Positions 24,441-35,655 of a stretch of 38,542 bases of DNA are shown one piece after another. Source of the DNA: Macrostomum lignano. Lineage: Eukaryota. The translations under genes were made by a program, and so were the position numbers. The notes under the pieces were generated by a model. It saw only the letters and a list, made by a program, of their open reading frames with translations. It was not told the origin of the DNA and searched no databases. Position 1 is the stretch's first letter; each line of letters starts with the position of its first letter. Location of the stretch: the NCBI GenBank assembly GCA_002269645.1, contig NIVC01000002.1, forward strand, positions 1-38,542, read 5' to 3'.

Positions 24441-25458
24441 ATTATTTACGATAAATTGCGTAATTTGCGTTGCAGTGGCTGCTGAATTCTCATAAGCAAA
24501 GCACTTAAAAAGCTAATGTCTGCTCGAGTTACAATTTAAATATTCTTTCCAAAAACGAACACTCTATTGAGTGGGTACTGCGCGCATGTTTGCCGTTTGG
24601 CGGTTTTGATACAAATTTGCGAAACTATTATTGCGCGCAGCACCGCCCACAAAATGTGCAGTGAAAGTCCCTAAAAGTGTGAGTAGCATTGATTAACCTT
24701 TCACAGTGTAAAAAAATTTACAGTGTAAAAAATGGTGTAAAGTTTCCATAAAAATATATTTGTTTTTAATTCTCATTGCACTGTGTGAGGTTAGTTAAAT
24801 GCTCGACGCTTTTTGTTTTAGACACGGCAGTATTTTTCTCATATAATAGTTTACATATTTATTGATTAATTCGTTTTTTCGGAGTTTTGAAAGCTGCTGT
24901 GCCTAATTATGGATTTAGCTAAATGATCAGGCTACCTAATGTTGGGTAACTTGTATCAAATGGCAAAGCATTTCACTGCAAAGTCGCATCCGGTGGTTTC
25001 ACGTACCTGTGGGCGTTAAACTGTACATTTGAAATGCTGAATTTCTAGGAAAATCTCATTTCAAATTACAGTGAACAGAATCGGAGCGGCGAAAATTTTT
25101 TTTAACTAATTTCGTTGTTAATTGCAAGATTATTTTTCGTAAGTCCAAATGTCCAAGATATTTATTATGAGTATTATTTCTTGGACCTTAGTATATGTGT
25201 TAATTCATGTGTCTCAGTTTGATTTTTTGAGTCTATTTAATAGAACTTTGTGATTAAAAAATTAATGAATGGTAAATTATAATTAATTAGTCACATAGGA
25301 CATATGTAACTAAAATACGTAGCATCTAAGTAGTTTACAATAGTTTAACATTTTTAGGGTTTTATGTGTTGCAAAACTGTACTCAAAGAAATCAAAAATA
25401 ATTTCGAAATATTGAGCAATTAATGCACTTCGACCTGCTAAGGTGGCACACCTTCAAT

Positions 25459-25737
25459 CTAGTTGATCATACTGAAGTCAATGAAAAAAGCTTCTACCTC
25501 ATTAATATCGTCCTCAACGCCCAGAACAACACCCGGTGCAAGTTCGCGCTGCGGTTTCACCGGCGGGAGCATGTGCTTAGGCGGCGGTGGCCTCAGAATC
25601 ACCAGGGCCTGTCCAGCAGCAGATGCTCCGCTATCTAGGGCCCAATCAATGCCGCCTTTGACAACAAACAGGCACATTGCAGACAGACAAGCGATACCGA
25701 CTAGAAACCAGCGGATTCGGCCTTTGACTCGAGGCAT
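25459..25737 (-). CDS. Signal-anchor/type II membrane-like exon truncated by the Helentron insertion
   Basis: MPRVKGRIR + WFLVGIACLSAMCLFVV + Pro-rich stem; the TAG stop lies at the Helentron 3' junction. Confidence 0.6.
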   Translation of the reverse strand: MPRVKGRIRWFLVGIACLSAMCLFVVKGGIDWALDSGASAAGQALVILRPPPPKHMLPPVKPQRELAPGVVLGVEDDINEVEAFFIDFSMIN

Positions 25738-26855
25738 GCTTTCTTTAAATTACCGCTTGATTAAAAAGTTCAATAGGAACTTGCTTTTATATTTATAGAA
25801 ATGTTTAGACTGCAATTTGGAAAGTTAATATTTCTAGAATCTTTTTGTTAGCAATATGTGCATTCAAGTGAAGCAGATTTGACTATGGAAATATGTCATC
25901 ATTCAAGACAACTGCAGTGCAACCCAGTATGATAGCACATGGTAGCGAAGGGGTGTTTTTTGTAGATGGCAGTCTGGCACAATAAATAAAGTGGTTGGCA
26001 CACTGGCATATGCTTTTAGTTGTAGTTTAGCAAACTTGTGTTGTCTAAAATGTACATATAACAAAAAGCTTAATTACATTTTTTAAATCTTAGTATTTTA
26101 AATCATTAATAATATAATACTTCTCATAAGCACTGAGACTGCACAAGCACCCCAAGATATGCCAAAGCCAAATGTTGTCTTCCATGTTTTCCTCATGGAT
26201 GAGCCACAAGCACACAACCCTTAACACTTTCAACTCTTCAAACTCAAACTTTTTAGTCTTCCATTCCTCCAAAAACATTAACACAATGAGCTTAATTGTT
26301 ACATTAATTACATCAATAATCCCTCTGCCTTTTTTAAACCACAACTATCCCTAATTCTTTCCCTTTATTTATAAGCTACAATATTAATATTTATTCTTGA
26401 ATTGTTCTAAATCTTCATTCTATATCAAAGCAACTATTTGGTATTTGTATTTAGATTGTCAACTTTCTGATTCCAATTTGAACCAAATATTTGGTTGATT
26501 CCATTTGATTCCAATTACTTTACTTATCTTGATATAATGTATACTAGATTTCCCAATAAAATTAGGACAAAATTTAAATGAACAATATTGCTTCAAAATG
26601 CAAACTAGTGATACAAAACTTATATACAAGGGAAAATAGTCTTTAGTAAACAATAAAGAATGTTGACCAATGACTATACAAGAGCATTATATTGCTAACA
26701 TTATGAATTTGTAATGGGTATGTGTGCATGTAGTATTACGAAAATAATTGAGGCGTGAAACGCGGTGGTTTGTTTGCTTTAATTTTTCTTTTATTGTTTT
26801 CCGTGTGGAAAATAAGAGAGAATGGGCTTGAGTAATTGCGTGTTAGGGTGCTGTA

Positions 26856-26985
26856 TATTTATATTTATGTTGATGGAACATTCCGGAATCTGGAAAGTTC
26901 GAGAAGCAGTTTCTAGAAAGGGGGTGCGTGGGAATTCAAAATGCCAAATATGGAAAGTGCGTGTTTACGCGGAAGTTTCTAGAAT
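26856..26985 (-). promoter_or_regulatory. Heat-shock-type promoter: HSE cluster plus TATA box
   Basis: GAAnnTTCnnGAA at 26876-26888, 26893-26905 and 26972-26984; TTCnnGAA at 26911-26918; minus-strand TATAAATA at 26856-26863. Confidence 0.8.
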
Positions 26986-27667
26986 ACAGTAGTTATAATA
27001 CGCTAGCTGCAATACTTTTATAATATTAGTGAATACGCTACATGCACACCTACTACTATCTTCAAGTTTATAGGAATCCCAAGAATGACTATATATAGGG
27101 TAATCACTATATTATTAGTTGCTAAAGAAAAAGAAAAAGGTTTGGCATTGTTTCATTGCAGTCCAAGACTAGTTGCAATGCCAAAGTAAAACTTGTTTCA
27201 ATTCTATTGAGATATCTAGAACATAATGTTTTGACAAAAAATTCTTATCAAATACTATTGTTGTTAAAACTAAGTGCTAAAATTGGCACGGGTCAGTTCC
27301 AAAGAACTTTGCCACAGCATATTGGTATATTTTATCCAAAAAGTTAAAATATTTACAGAATTTTGATTTGAATATTTATACGATATTGAAATTAAAAATA
27401 TACATAAATAAAACTATTTTTCAATATTTTGCAGTTTTTTTGCATTTACATGTATTTGGGGATAAAAAAGAGGGGAGGGAAATCCTGCACAAAGAAGGGC
27501 CAAAGTAAAGGTGTAAAAAAGCAATTAGGAATATTTGTAAAAACAGTTGGATAAAAACACAGTTTGAGTTGCTTAAGAAACAAGTGCAGAGAGACTAGAG
27601 ATTACCTAACTAGTCTTAGTGTCTGTCGTGTCTGATCAGATCAGCCAATCTCTATCTCAGGCAGCAA

Positions 27668-28800
27668 GTTTAGTTTTATTTATTGCATTTCAGAGTGTGG
27701 TCACTTCAGGTTTGGGAGGCTGATGGCCAGCCTAACCCTGGGGTGGGATTCCCCTGTTTCTTTCCTGACGCCTCATGGCATCCTAGAGGACATTGAGGAC
27801 AGGGGTTTGGCCCAGAGCCCGAGGGGCTTCTGGCTCAATGTGGAAGCTGTAGAGCTTGGCTGCCCTCATCTTGAGCAGCCACGCCACCCCCAGCTGCTTG
27901 ACCCTGTCTGCGAGCATCGGCATACCTGCCAGCTTATGCAGGTATTTGATGCTGATGTAGGATGGCACACCATAGCAGATATGGAGAGCTAGGTTTTGAA
28001 TTTTTTGCAATTTGATTTGATTTGTGGCAGAAATTTGGCTCCAGATTGGCGCTCCGTAGGTGAGAGCACTTTTTCCATATGCCCTGCACAGCATTCTGAG
28101 GGTGGTTCTACTCAGCTTTGTCATTTTTGCAATTCTGCAGTGACATTACAATGGCTCTGCTGGTATCTGCCATGTTGTCCACATGTTTATTCAGGCAGAG
28201 GCTTTGGTCAAGGAGGACACCTAGGAATTTCACCTCCTGACAGTACGGAACCTCTGTCCCCCAGATACAGTTTGGCTTGCAAGTCCATGCACCTAGTAGG
28301 TTTGTAGTTAAAAGTGATTGCTTTGCTTTTACTGGCATTCAGCCTAATGCCATGTTTAATGCACCAGTCAAAGACTCGTCTCAGGATGTTTGGAGCCCAG
28401 CAAAGGTGTCTGCTGAGGCCCAGATGGCCATGTTGTCTGCAAATTGACTGCATTTGATGCTTGGGATATTAGGAGTCAGCATTGAGCTAAGGAAGAGGAG
28501 ATACAGGAGAGGACTCAGAATGCCTCCCTGAGGGATGCCAGCCTGGATAGTGTGGGGATCGCTCAGGGCCCTCTCAATTTGAACCTGGATCTGTCTGTCT
28601 CATAGGTAGTCAGACAAGATTTGCATGAGCATCGGTGGAAAACCATTGGTGAGCATGCTATGCCTGATCTTGTCATGCCAGGTGGAGTCAAAAGCTGCCT
28701 TTGTATCCAAGAAGACTACAGCTTACTTTTTAGCTTTGCCCTTTGCTACCATGACATCTTGTGCCAGACAGCACAGGTTGTCATATGTTGAGTGAATTTT
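27668..28800 (-). pseudogene. 5'-truncated, decayed non-LTR retrotransposon (RT and C-terminal region, Jockey/I-like)
   Basis: FLDTKAAFDSTWH, GIPQGGILSPLLY, QFADN, KFLGVLLD, YGAPIW...KLQKIQN; in-frame stops and frameshifts; AATAAA and an A-rich tail near 27670. Confidence 0.9.
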
Positions 28801-29049
28801 GTGGTGATTTAATACTATTTGTAATTTGTAATACTATTAGGAAGGTTGTAAATTTGTTCTACTGTACCATTTGTTTTAAGACTAAATTTTTGGTTATCTT
28901 TACTAAATTGTATTAGACTTAGCACAATAAAAAATAAGCTATCTAATTTGATATTAATATAGAAGAATACAAGAAGCAAAAAGATTTATCAATTTAAATC
29001 CTTATTAAAATATCTGCTTAGTAATTTTTTTAAAAACAATGTTTGCAAA

Positions 29050-29344
29050 CATACATGCGCAACCTCCAAAATTTGGTCAGCCATGCGACTTAGTTTTAAC
29101 AAAATGCGACATAGTTTTTGGCTAAAAATGCGACTTACATATAAAAAACTGTAAAGCAAATTTAACGCAACTTTGGGTAAACGGCAGGAGTAACTATGAC
29201 TGTCTTATTAAACCAAAATGCTTCGTCAGCTACTTAGCACTACTACACAGGTATTTTTTGGGTAGGCATTTTTGCAACTTCCTTGGTTGGCCGCCAAATC
29301 AGTCGGCCAGATTGGCGGACTCGGCCAACTGTTGCTCATGTATG
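29050..29344. mobile_element. MITE (295 bp) with 14-bp TIR and 8-bp TSD (hAT- or P-like)
   Basis: TIR catacatgcgcaac / gttgctcatgtatg (1 mismatch); tttgcaaa on both flanks. Confidence 0.8.
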
Positions 29345-29559
29345 TTTGCAAATTGAGTTAAAAAAGCATTTTCCACAAAAGCAGTAATTGCAAAGTAAAA
29401 TAATTATAGGGCAAAAAGATTTTTTGTCTATGAAACAAGTGTTTTGATTGAAAGCATGTTGCAAAGTAAATTAAGAGGCAAATTACCCATTACTATTGCT
29501 AAATAGAGTAAGAGAGAAAGAGTCCCAAGGAATAATAAGAATACTGTTTAGACATATAA

Positions 29560-29648
29560 GCATAATATATTAACACACGATCAAAATTGTCCACAGACAC
29601 ACAGACAGACAGACACACAGACAGAGTTTTGATTTTTATAGTTAGAGA
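29560..29648 (-). mobile_element. Helitron-like 5' terminus (3' end not found)
   Basis: A|TCTCTAACTATAAAAATC followed by (TCTG)n. Confidence 0.5.
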
Positions 29649-29919
29649 TTGGGATAGCCTAAGCCTATGCATTTTTAAATGAAGCTAGGAACCTCAATCA
29701 TTGGCAATGCCATTTAGAATTTATAATCGATAGTCAACAATGTTTTGCTACTTAGCTAATAAAGTTGTATAGTAAATCATACTAACAATAGCCTACTTAG
29801 TTTAGATTTAGTTGATGAATAAATAAAGAAAAAAGTTTTCCTTAGGCTTACTTTTGCTCATTAAAAAATACAAGTCATAAGTTAATATATTATTAGCATA
29901 TTTACCCCACTCCCAAATC

Positions 29920-30215
29920 TTACTGATACTTACTGTACTGATACTTGAAGTCTTCTTTCCTGTTGCTCAGTCTGCGCTTGACTCTCTCTGGGATGTTCAA
30001 ATTCGCAAATAACTCCTTGCACTCTTCCTCACTGAGCTTCTTATTCCTACAATGCTGCTCAAATGTGATCAACCACTTGCAAATATCTTTGCCAGGGGTG
30101 TACTTCTCAAATCTTTCTTCTCTTGTCACTTTCCCTAGACAGTCTCACAATTGTTCGGCCAGCATGGCAATGGCGTCATTAGCCTGATTCTGATTCATTT
30201 TCTCTTGAAAAACTT
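29920..30215 (-). pseudogene. Truncated gag-like fragment of an LTR retrotransposon
   Basis: MNQNQANDAIAMLAEQL*...FEKYTPGKDICKWLITFEQHC; lies downstream of the PBS-like sites and LTR. Confidence 0.6.
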
Positions 30216-30403
30216 TTTAAATTATTCTTTGGAATTCTTTTGAAGTCTAGTTTTAAGAGTTCATGCCGTTTCTCTAATCCTTCTCACTGCCACCAAGTTG
30301 TGCTAGGTGTGGTTCCCGTACAATACAAAATCCTACTGCTGTACCAAGTTGTAACAGGGCTTTTCTTCTGTCCTCCAACTAACTTCACTAACTGCCACCA
30401 AGT

Positions 30404-30891
30404 TGTTACAGGGGTTATTTCTGTTTGCCAATTACAGTTATCCTGATTATACTTGTTTTTACTCCCTAACTATTTCTTAGAATTTCATTTGAATATACTG
30501 GTAGCATTTTTTATGTATTAGTCCGGTAGCGTCTTATGTATTAGTCTGGTAGCGTCTTATGTATTGGTCTGGTAGCGTCTTATGTATTAGTCTGGTAGCG
30601 TCTTATGTATATGGCCTGAGCAGTCTTACTGGTATATGTACTTTCTCTCTCCAGTCTGGGCGTTACTGAGATTAGAGGGTCACAGCGATTACTCTTAGTA
30701 CTTCTCTTTGCATGAATCCCAAGTGCAACCTTCAACCTTCTTCACAATACTCTTAGAAATGAACAATGATCTGAGAAAGATTTATTGAACACGTTTTGAG
30801 CTTATAGCTAGCGAACGAGTTACCTTTCCATCCCTTTGGCTCTCTCCTATTTATACCAATCAATTGCGTATATTTAAAACAAACTCTTACA
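30404..30891 (-). mobile_element. LTR (TG...CA, ~490 bp) followed by tRNA-Leu-like PBS sites
   Basis: Minus strand tgtaaga...tgtaaca; TATAAATA near 30850; AATAAA near 30783; internal 24-bp repeat (30525-30610); tggtggcag 3 nt after the LTR end. Confidence 0.65.
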
Positions 30892-31937
30892 ACTTGAGAA
30901 TATTTTGCATATTATAACAAAAGAAAATTAATTTTTGCGCTAGTTTAAAAACAATAATTCCTAGAAATAAGGTACCACTACTACATATAGAAGACCTGAA
31001 AATATGTTTGGCGTATAACATCTGGCGTAACACAACAGCTATACCAATTGTGCGCCATTGTGCCGGCATATTGGGTATCTGGCATAGACATCTGGCATGG
31101 CAATAGTTGGCTGTTAACATATAAAAAACATTAAAAAAATTTTTTTGAAAAAATGTTAAAACAAAATAAAAAGAAGAAGCACTATACAACAGCTACTATT
31201 TATTTATTCACAGATTTGTGTCTCTAAAAGTAAAAAAAATTATACTAAAACAAGGGACGTAAAATTGAGTTAAAATTAGGCGTAGCATTGCAATTTCTTT
31301 TTAGTGTACATATATCATATGTAACATTTTTTACTGGTGTAAACTTAAACTAATGGCGTAAAGGGTCTTTTTTTCTAGCGTACCAAATAACAGATTTGAG
31401 AGTGTGGCATATTTATATCATATAAAACTATACTATTGTAAATACTAAAATAGTGGCACTATAAAACTATAACTTTTAATAATCTATATAACTAAATCTG
31501 AAAAGTTTCTATGTATGTATATATGTATATATGTACATAATCCATTTTAAAAGAAGTTATCCAACCGATTTTTTTAAACTTGCACCATTCAATCAGAAAT
31601 TCTTGCGAATTGGTACAGTTCTCTTGGCTAAGAGATTGCTTCATTTTAAAGGGCTCAAATATAAGAAAAACTGAATTTTCCCTATTTAATTAGTGTATTT
31701 TTCTTGCAGTAAGAGCTCAATACGTCTATGGCCATAGACTAAACTTCAATTCTTGAGCTGAAGCTATGAGTTATAAATAGTTATACCTAGCTTATTAAAT
31801 TTTACAATTTATTATGAATATCTTCGTCTTCAACTTATTTGAAACCTGAACTGATTGTCTGAATTAAAGCCGGGTGTTACAAAATGTGCATAATCACTTG
31901 AACAGAAATGCCTCGACGACATTGCACTACGTTTAAA

Positions 31938-32235
31938 AGGGAATTGCTGAGATGTCAAGGCTTAAGAGGGAATTGCTGAGATGTCAAGGTCTAATGGGAA
32001 TTGCTGAAATGTCAAGGCTTAGTGGGGAAATTCCAGAGATGTAAAGTTCTGGGGTGAATGGCTAAGATTTCAAGGCTTGCTGGGGTATAATTGCTTAGAA
32101 GTCAAGGCTTATTGTGGGAATTTTTGAGATATCCATTCTCACTGGGCGGAATTGCTGAGATATCAAGGCTCACCGGGAGGAATTGCTGAGATATCAAGGC
32201 TCACTATTGTTGGATAATCATTGGTGGAATTGCTG
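31938..32235. repeat. ~29-31 bp minisatellite (gggaattgctgagatgtcaaggctt)
   Basis: About 9 diverged units. Confidence 0.9.
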
Positions 32236-32243
32236 CGATATAT

Positions 32244-32724
32244 AACTGTCTAATGGGTGCTGTTGTAAACTGTCTAATTGGTGCTATTGTAACTGTCTAA
32301 TGGGTGCTGTTGTAAACTGTCTAATGGGTGCTGTTGTAACTGTCTAACAGGTGCTGTTGTAACTGTCTAACAGGTGCTGTTGTAACTGTCTAACGGGTGC
32401 TGTTGTAACTGTCTAATAGGTGCTGTTGTAACTGTCTAACAGGTGCTATTGTAACTGTCTAATGGGCGCTGTTGTAACTGTCTAATAGGTGCTGTTGTAA
32501 CTGTCTAACGGGTACTACATGTATTGTAAACTGTCTAACGAATGCTGTTGTAAACTGTCTAACGGGTGCTGTTGTAAACTGTTTAACAGGTGCTGTTGTA
32601 AACTGTTTAATGGGTGCTATTGTAACTGTCTAACGGGTGCTGTTGTAAACTGTTTAATATGAGCTGTTGTAAACTGTCTAACTGGTGCTATTGTAAACTG
32701 TCTAATGGGTGCTGTTGTAAACTG
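32244..32724. repeat. 24-25 bp minisatellite (aactgtctaatgggtgctgttgta)
   Basis: About 19 units. Confidence 0.95.
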
Positions 32725-32784
32725 AAAAGAAAAGTGCTTGCTCAAAAAAATGTTTGGGACACGCAAAGCAGATCAGCCTGGTAA

Positions 32785-32877
32785 TCTATATAACTAAATC
32801 TGAAAAGTTTCTGTTTGTATGTATGTAAATAATCCATTTAAAAAAATTAACTTTTATGTCCCGCAAAGCGGGTCTAA
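32785..32877 (+). mobile_element. Minimal 93-bp Helitron
   Basis: Same 5' end as the element at 31483; hairpin cccgc-aaa-gcggg then CTAA|T. Confidence 0.75.
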
Positions 32878-34595
32878 TATCATATAAAACTATATTATTG
32901 TAAATACTAGAATAGTGGCACTATAAAACTATAACTTTTAATAATAACTATTAATAGACTTAGAAGCAAACTAGAAATTCGTATATTTTATCTTTAATTA
33001 CAAAAGAAAATTCCTAATTTATAAACAATATTTTTAGGCAATATTAAATAAACATTAAAATTAGATATTAGAATTTAGGCTTTGTCTATCTAAAAAATAT
33101 CTAAAAACTTAATATTTTATATATAAAAGTTCTATATAATTATAAATTCATTAAAAGTTGAAATTGGCATGATTTATAAACAAAATGACTCTTCTTAGTT
33201 TGTACTACTAAAAAATATGCCCTTAATAAGACCCATAGTCCAGAAGAGGGGTGGTACGCCAGATTAATCCGGCATATAGGGCCTATTCACGACTTTTGGC
33301 GTACAATTTTTTACTTTTTAAAATCTGAAATCTGGCATATAAAAATGCATATTCAAAAACTAGCCTATATGTTCCTCCAGTTGTGGAATCAAATCAAATA
33401 GTCTAAGAAAATAGTATGCATGCAGTTAATAGAATCACATAGAAGAATTGTAAAAAGTGAACAAAAATCATAAAACAAGTTTATTTTAAGCAATTTCAAG
33501 CTTTCCAGGTTTTTAGAGCTTGTAGGGCCTAATAAAAAATTTAAACAAATCTTTGCATGTAATTAGTTGCCACTATAAATAATATCAACAAAAAAGCAAA
33601 AGTATTAACCAAATTATTAGCTAAAAAAGGTTACTTTACACAATTTAAAAAAAAAATAATAATTCATTATTGCAATGTAAAAAAGGTCATTTATTGTCGC
33701 AACATGGGCGTAGATTTGAAAGTAAGCATGCACTTAAAATTTGGTGTACACTGGTATACCAAAAAAATTATAAGAGATTTTAATCCAGCGTACATTCAGG
33801 GTGTTCCAAACTATGGAATAAGACAAAATAATAAATAAATAATAGGCCTAATAAATGATAAATAATATGAATAGGCCTAAGAGTGACCCAAATCAAGCCT
33901 TAGGAAGGTGATTTATTATAATTGACAGCTGATATCAGCTAGATCTGGGTTTTTAAAAGGTTGGAAATCTAGTTTCCAGCTGGCCCTAGAGGCTCAAAAT
34001 CTGGTTGCCAATGGCTATTTTTGGTTGCCCAATAGCAACTGGCCAAATCCCCAAGGATGGATATCCCAAGGCTGCATTTGAAAAGCAGAAATTTTTCTTT
34101 TAACTCTAAGATTGCAATTGGGCTTCTTCAGAATATGTCCAAATAGTAAATAATAAAAAATAACAGACAGGAGAATTATGCTAAATTAAATTAACGAATT
34201 TCATCATATTGGATTTATATGGCAATTTTTTTTACACTTACAAAATCATTTTTTGAAATTTCAATTGGCAACTGGCATGGGGAAAATGAAGTTGCCAGAT
34301 TGGCCTCTGATGCCAAAAATCCAGTTGCTAATGTTTCAACTTCAAGGGGCCAAAAAAATCCTGTAGGCCTAGGCTCGAAAAACCCAGCCCTAGATGACAA
34401 AATAGCAAAATAGCAGCGCTGACTATAGAATAGAACAATTTGGCTAAAATAAAGTATTTTGCTATTATTGTAAGGCTAAGCAAAATACAATATACAACCC
34501 CGAGGCGCGATATCATCGTGTGGTAGGCCGGTCTACCACTGGGGTGAGCGACGGCAGACCTCCCGCGCGAAGGACGACGGCTGGCTGCGACACGT

Positions 34596-35563
34596 TGTGA
34601 CAGTGTGATTCGTAGAATCTGTAGTACACCTTAATTTCGTAATTTAAATTGGTGCCAACTCGAGGCGTGTGTTAAGTAAAGCAAAGTAATCGCATAGCAA
34701 TGTAATAATACTCGTATATTTTCGTTTCGTTCAATACTTTATATTCGTAACTTTATATCAGCTAAATTTCATCGCCTTAGCTCGATGGTGAGTCCAATAA
34801 ATGCTGAATCATAGCTCGAACTGTTACTGGCCATGCTTTAGAGTGTGCCTAGTAAGCAGGCAGCTGTGCAAGCTTGTGATTGGGCGGTAAAGGCTCAAAG
34901 TCAAATTTAGTGTCCTGCCTCCGTTCTTGTTACAAATCGCGTGTATCGTATTTCTTTATTTTCATATGCATACCGTATTCTTTCATTTATTTTAACAATA
35001 TTCGTACGTATTATTATCGCGCTATTTTTACTGTTAATTGCTTTGTTTTTTGTAGCCTCTTATGTATTTATTCTATTATTTGTATTTCATTCATATCGTT
35101 ATTATTTATCGTAAAGTAGTCCTACCTATGTACATGTGCTGACGTATGTTATTCTTGTATGATATATTTATCGATTAATTTGTACATGTACATTTCACCT
35201 GAGTGGGGTTTGTCTGGTTTTTGGATTAAGCTTGTTGTTATCTTGTTTACTCACCAATTATAAAAATACACTTGCAGTCAGCGGCCGCTCTCTCCTTTTG
35301 CTTCGTTGCTTCGCTTCTCGCTCTAAGCTTGCGGGTCCCTTAGCTGTCTGGCCTCTTTACCTTAACCCTCTACCGCCTGCCTCAGCCCACCCACCAGTCA
35401 ACTGAATCCTGACCGGCCCTTGCTAGGCGCATCAAATTAAGTACCAAACCAAACATACTAAATCTGCAATTTCACGCTAAGGATAAAATCGGCTGCTGAT
35501 CTGCTGGATCGTAGACTAATCCCAATTATCCGCTACACAAAGTCTTCCGCTTTATTCGTCACA
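34596..35563 (+). mobile_element. Putative 5' LTR of a Gypsy element (alternative start 34519)
   Basis: tgtgac...gtcaca inverted ends; AATAAA near 34796; PBS 6 nt downstream. The 3' LTR is outside the window. Confidence 0.55.
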
Positions 35564-35569
35564 TAAATT

Positions 35570-35586
35570 TGGAAGTCCCACCGAGA
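35570..35586 (+). promoter_or_regulatory. Primer-binding site, tRNA-Gln
   Basis: tggaagtcccaccgaga matches 16/17 to TGGAGGTCCCACCGAGA, the complement of the metazoan tRNA-Gln 3' end as recalled. Confidence 0.8.
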
Positions 35587-35655
35587 CTCAACTCGACCCG
35601 CACGGCTCCTCGGAGGTCTTAGATCACCCATCTGCCTATTTGCGTTGTTATATGT

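Larger units (their letters stand above)
10019..25464 (+). mobile_element. Full-length autonomous Helentron/Helitron2-type rolling-circle transposon (~15.4 kb)
   Basis: 13-bp inverted repeats aggtcgaagtgca (10019-10031) and tgcacttcgacct (25424-25436); 3' hairpin aaggtg-gca-cacctt (25440-25454) followed by ctagtt; 5' hairpin; encodes Rep-helicase. Confidence 0.85.
6991..26005 (-). mobile_element. Putative hAT element (~3.57 kb once the nested Helentron is removed)
   Basis: Left end cagtgttgcca (6991); right end tggcacactg (25996-26005, 1-nt gap); flanks gcatacgc (6982-6989) and gcatatgc (26006-26013) match 7/8, with one extra base on the left. Confidence 0.4.
31483..32781 (+). mobile_element. 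Non-autonomous Helitron (1.3 kb) carrying two minisatellites
   Basis: A|TCTATATAACTAAATCTG 5' end; degenerate cgcaaagc hairpin then CTGG|T. Confidence 0.7.

Noticed and set aside
10013-25464. Fanzor/TnpB or APE endonuclease cargo in the Helentron
   Set aside because: No ORF with RuvC or APE motifs was seen.
26090-26653. Short minus-strand ORFs downstream of the HSE promoter as a heat-shock protein
   Set aside because: No alpha-crystallin or Hsp70 motifs; AT-rich and intron-like.
30960-33760. DNA-transposon remnant with dispersed ggcgta/ggcata motifs
   Set aside because: No matching TIR pair or TSD could be identified.
33925-34420. Degenerate MITE (ctag..ctgggtttt inverted motifs, gttgccagatt)
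   Set aside because: The inverted match is short and offset, with no TSD.
34520-34539. gtggtag-gccggt-ctaccac hairpin as an RNA gene or terminator
   Set aside because: An isolated short stem; its relation to the LTR start is unresolved.
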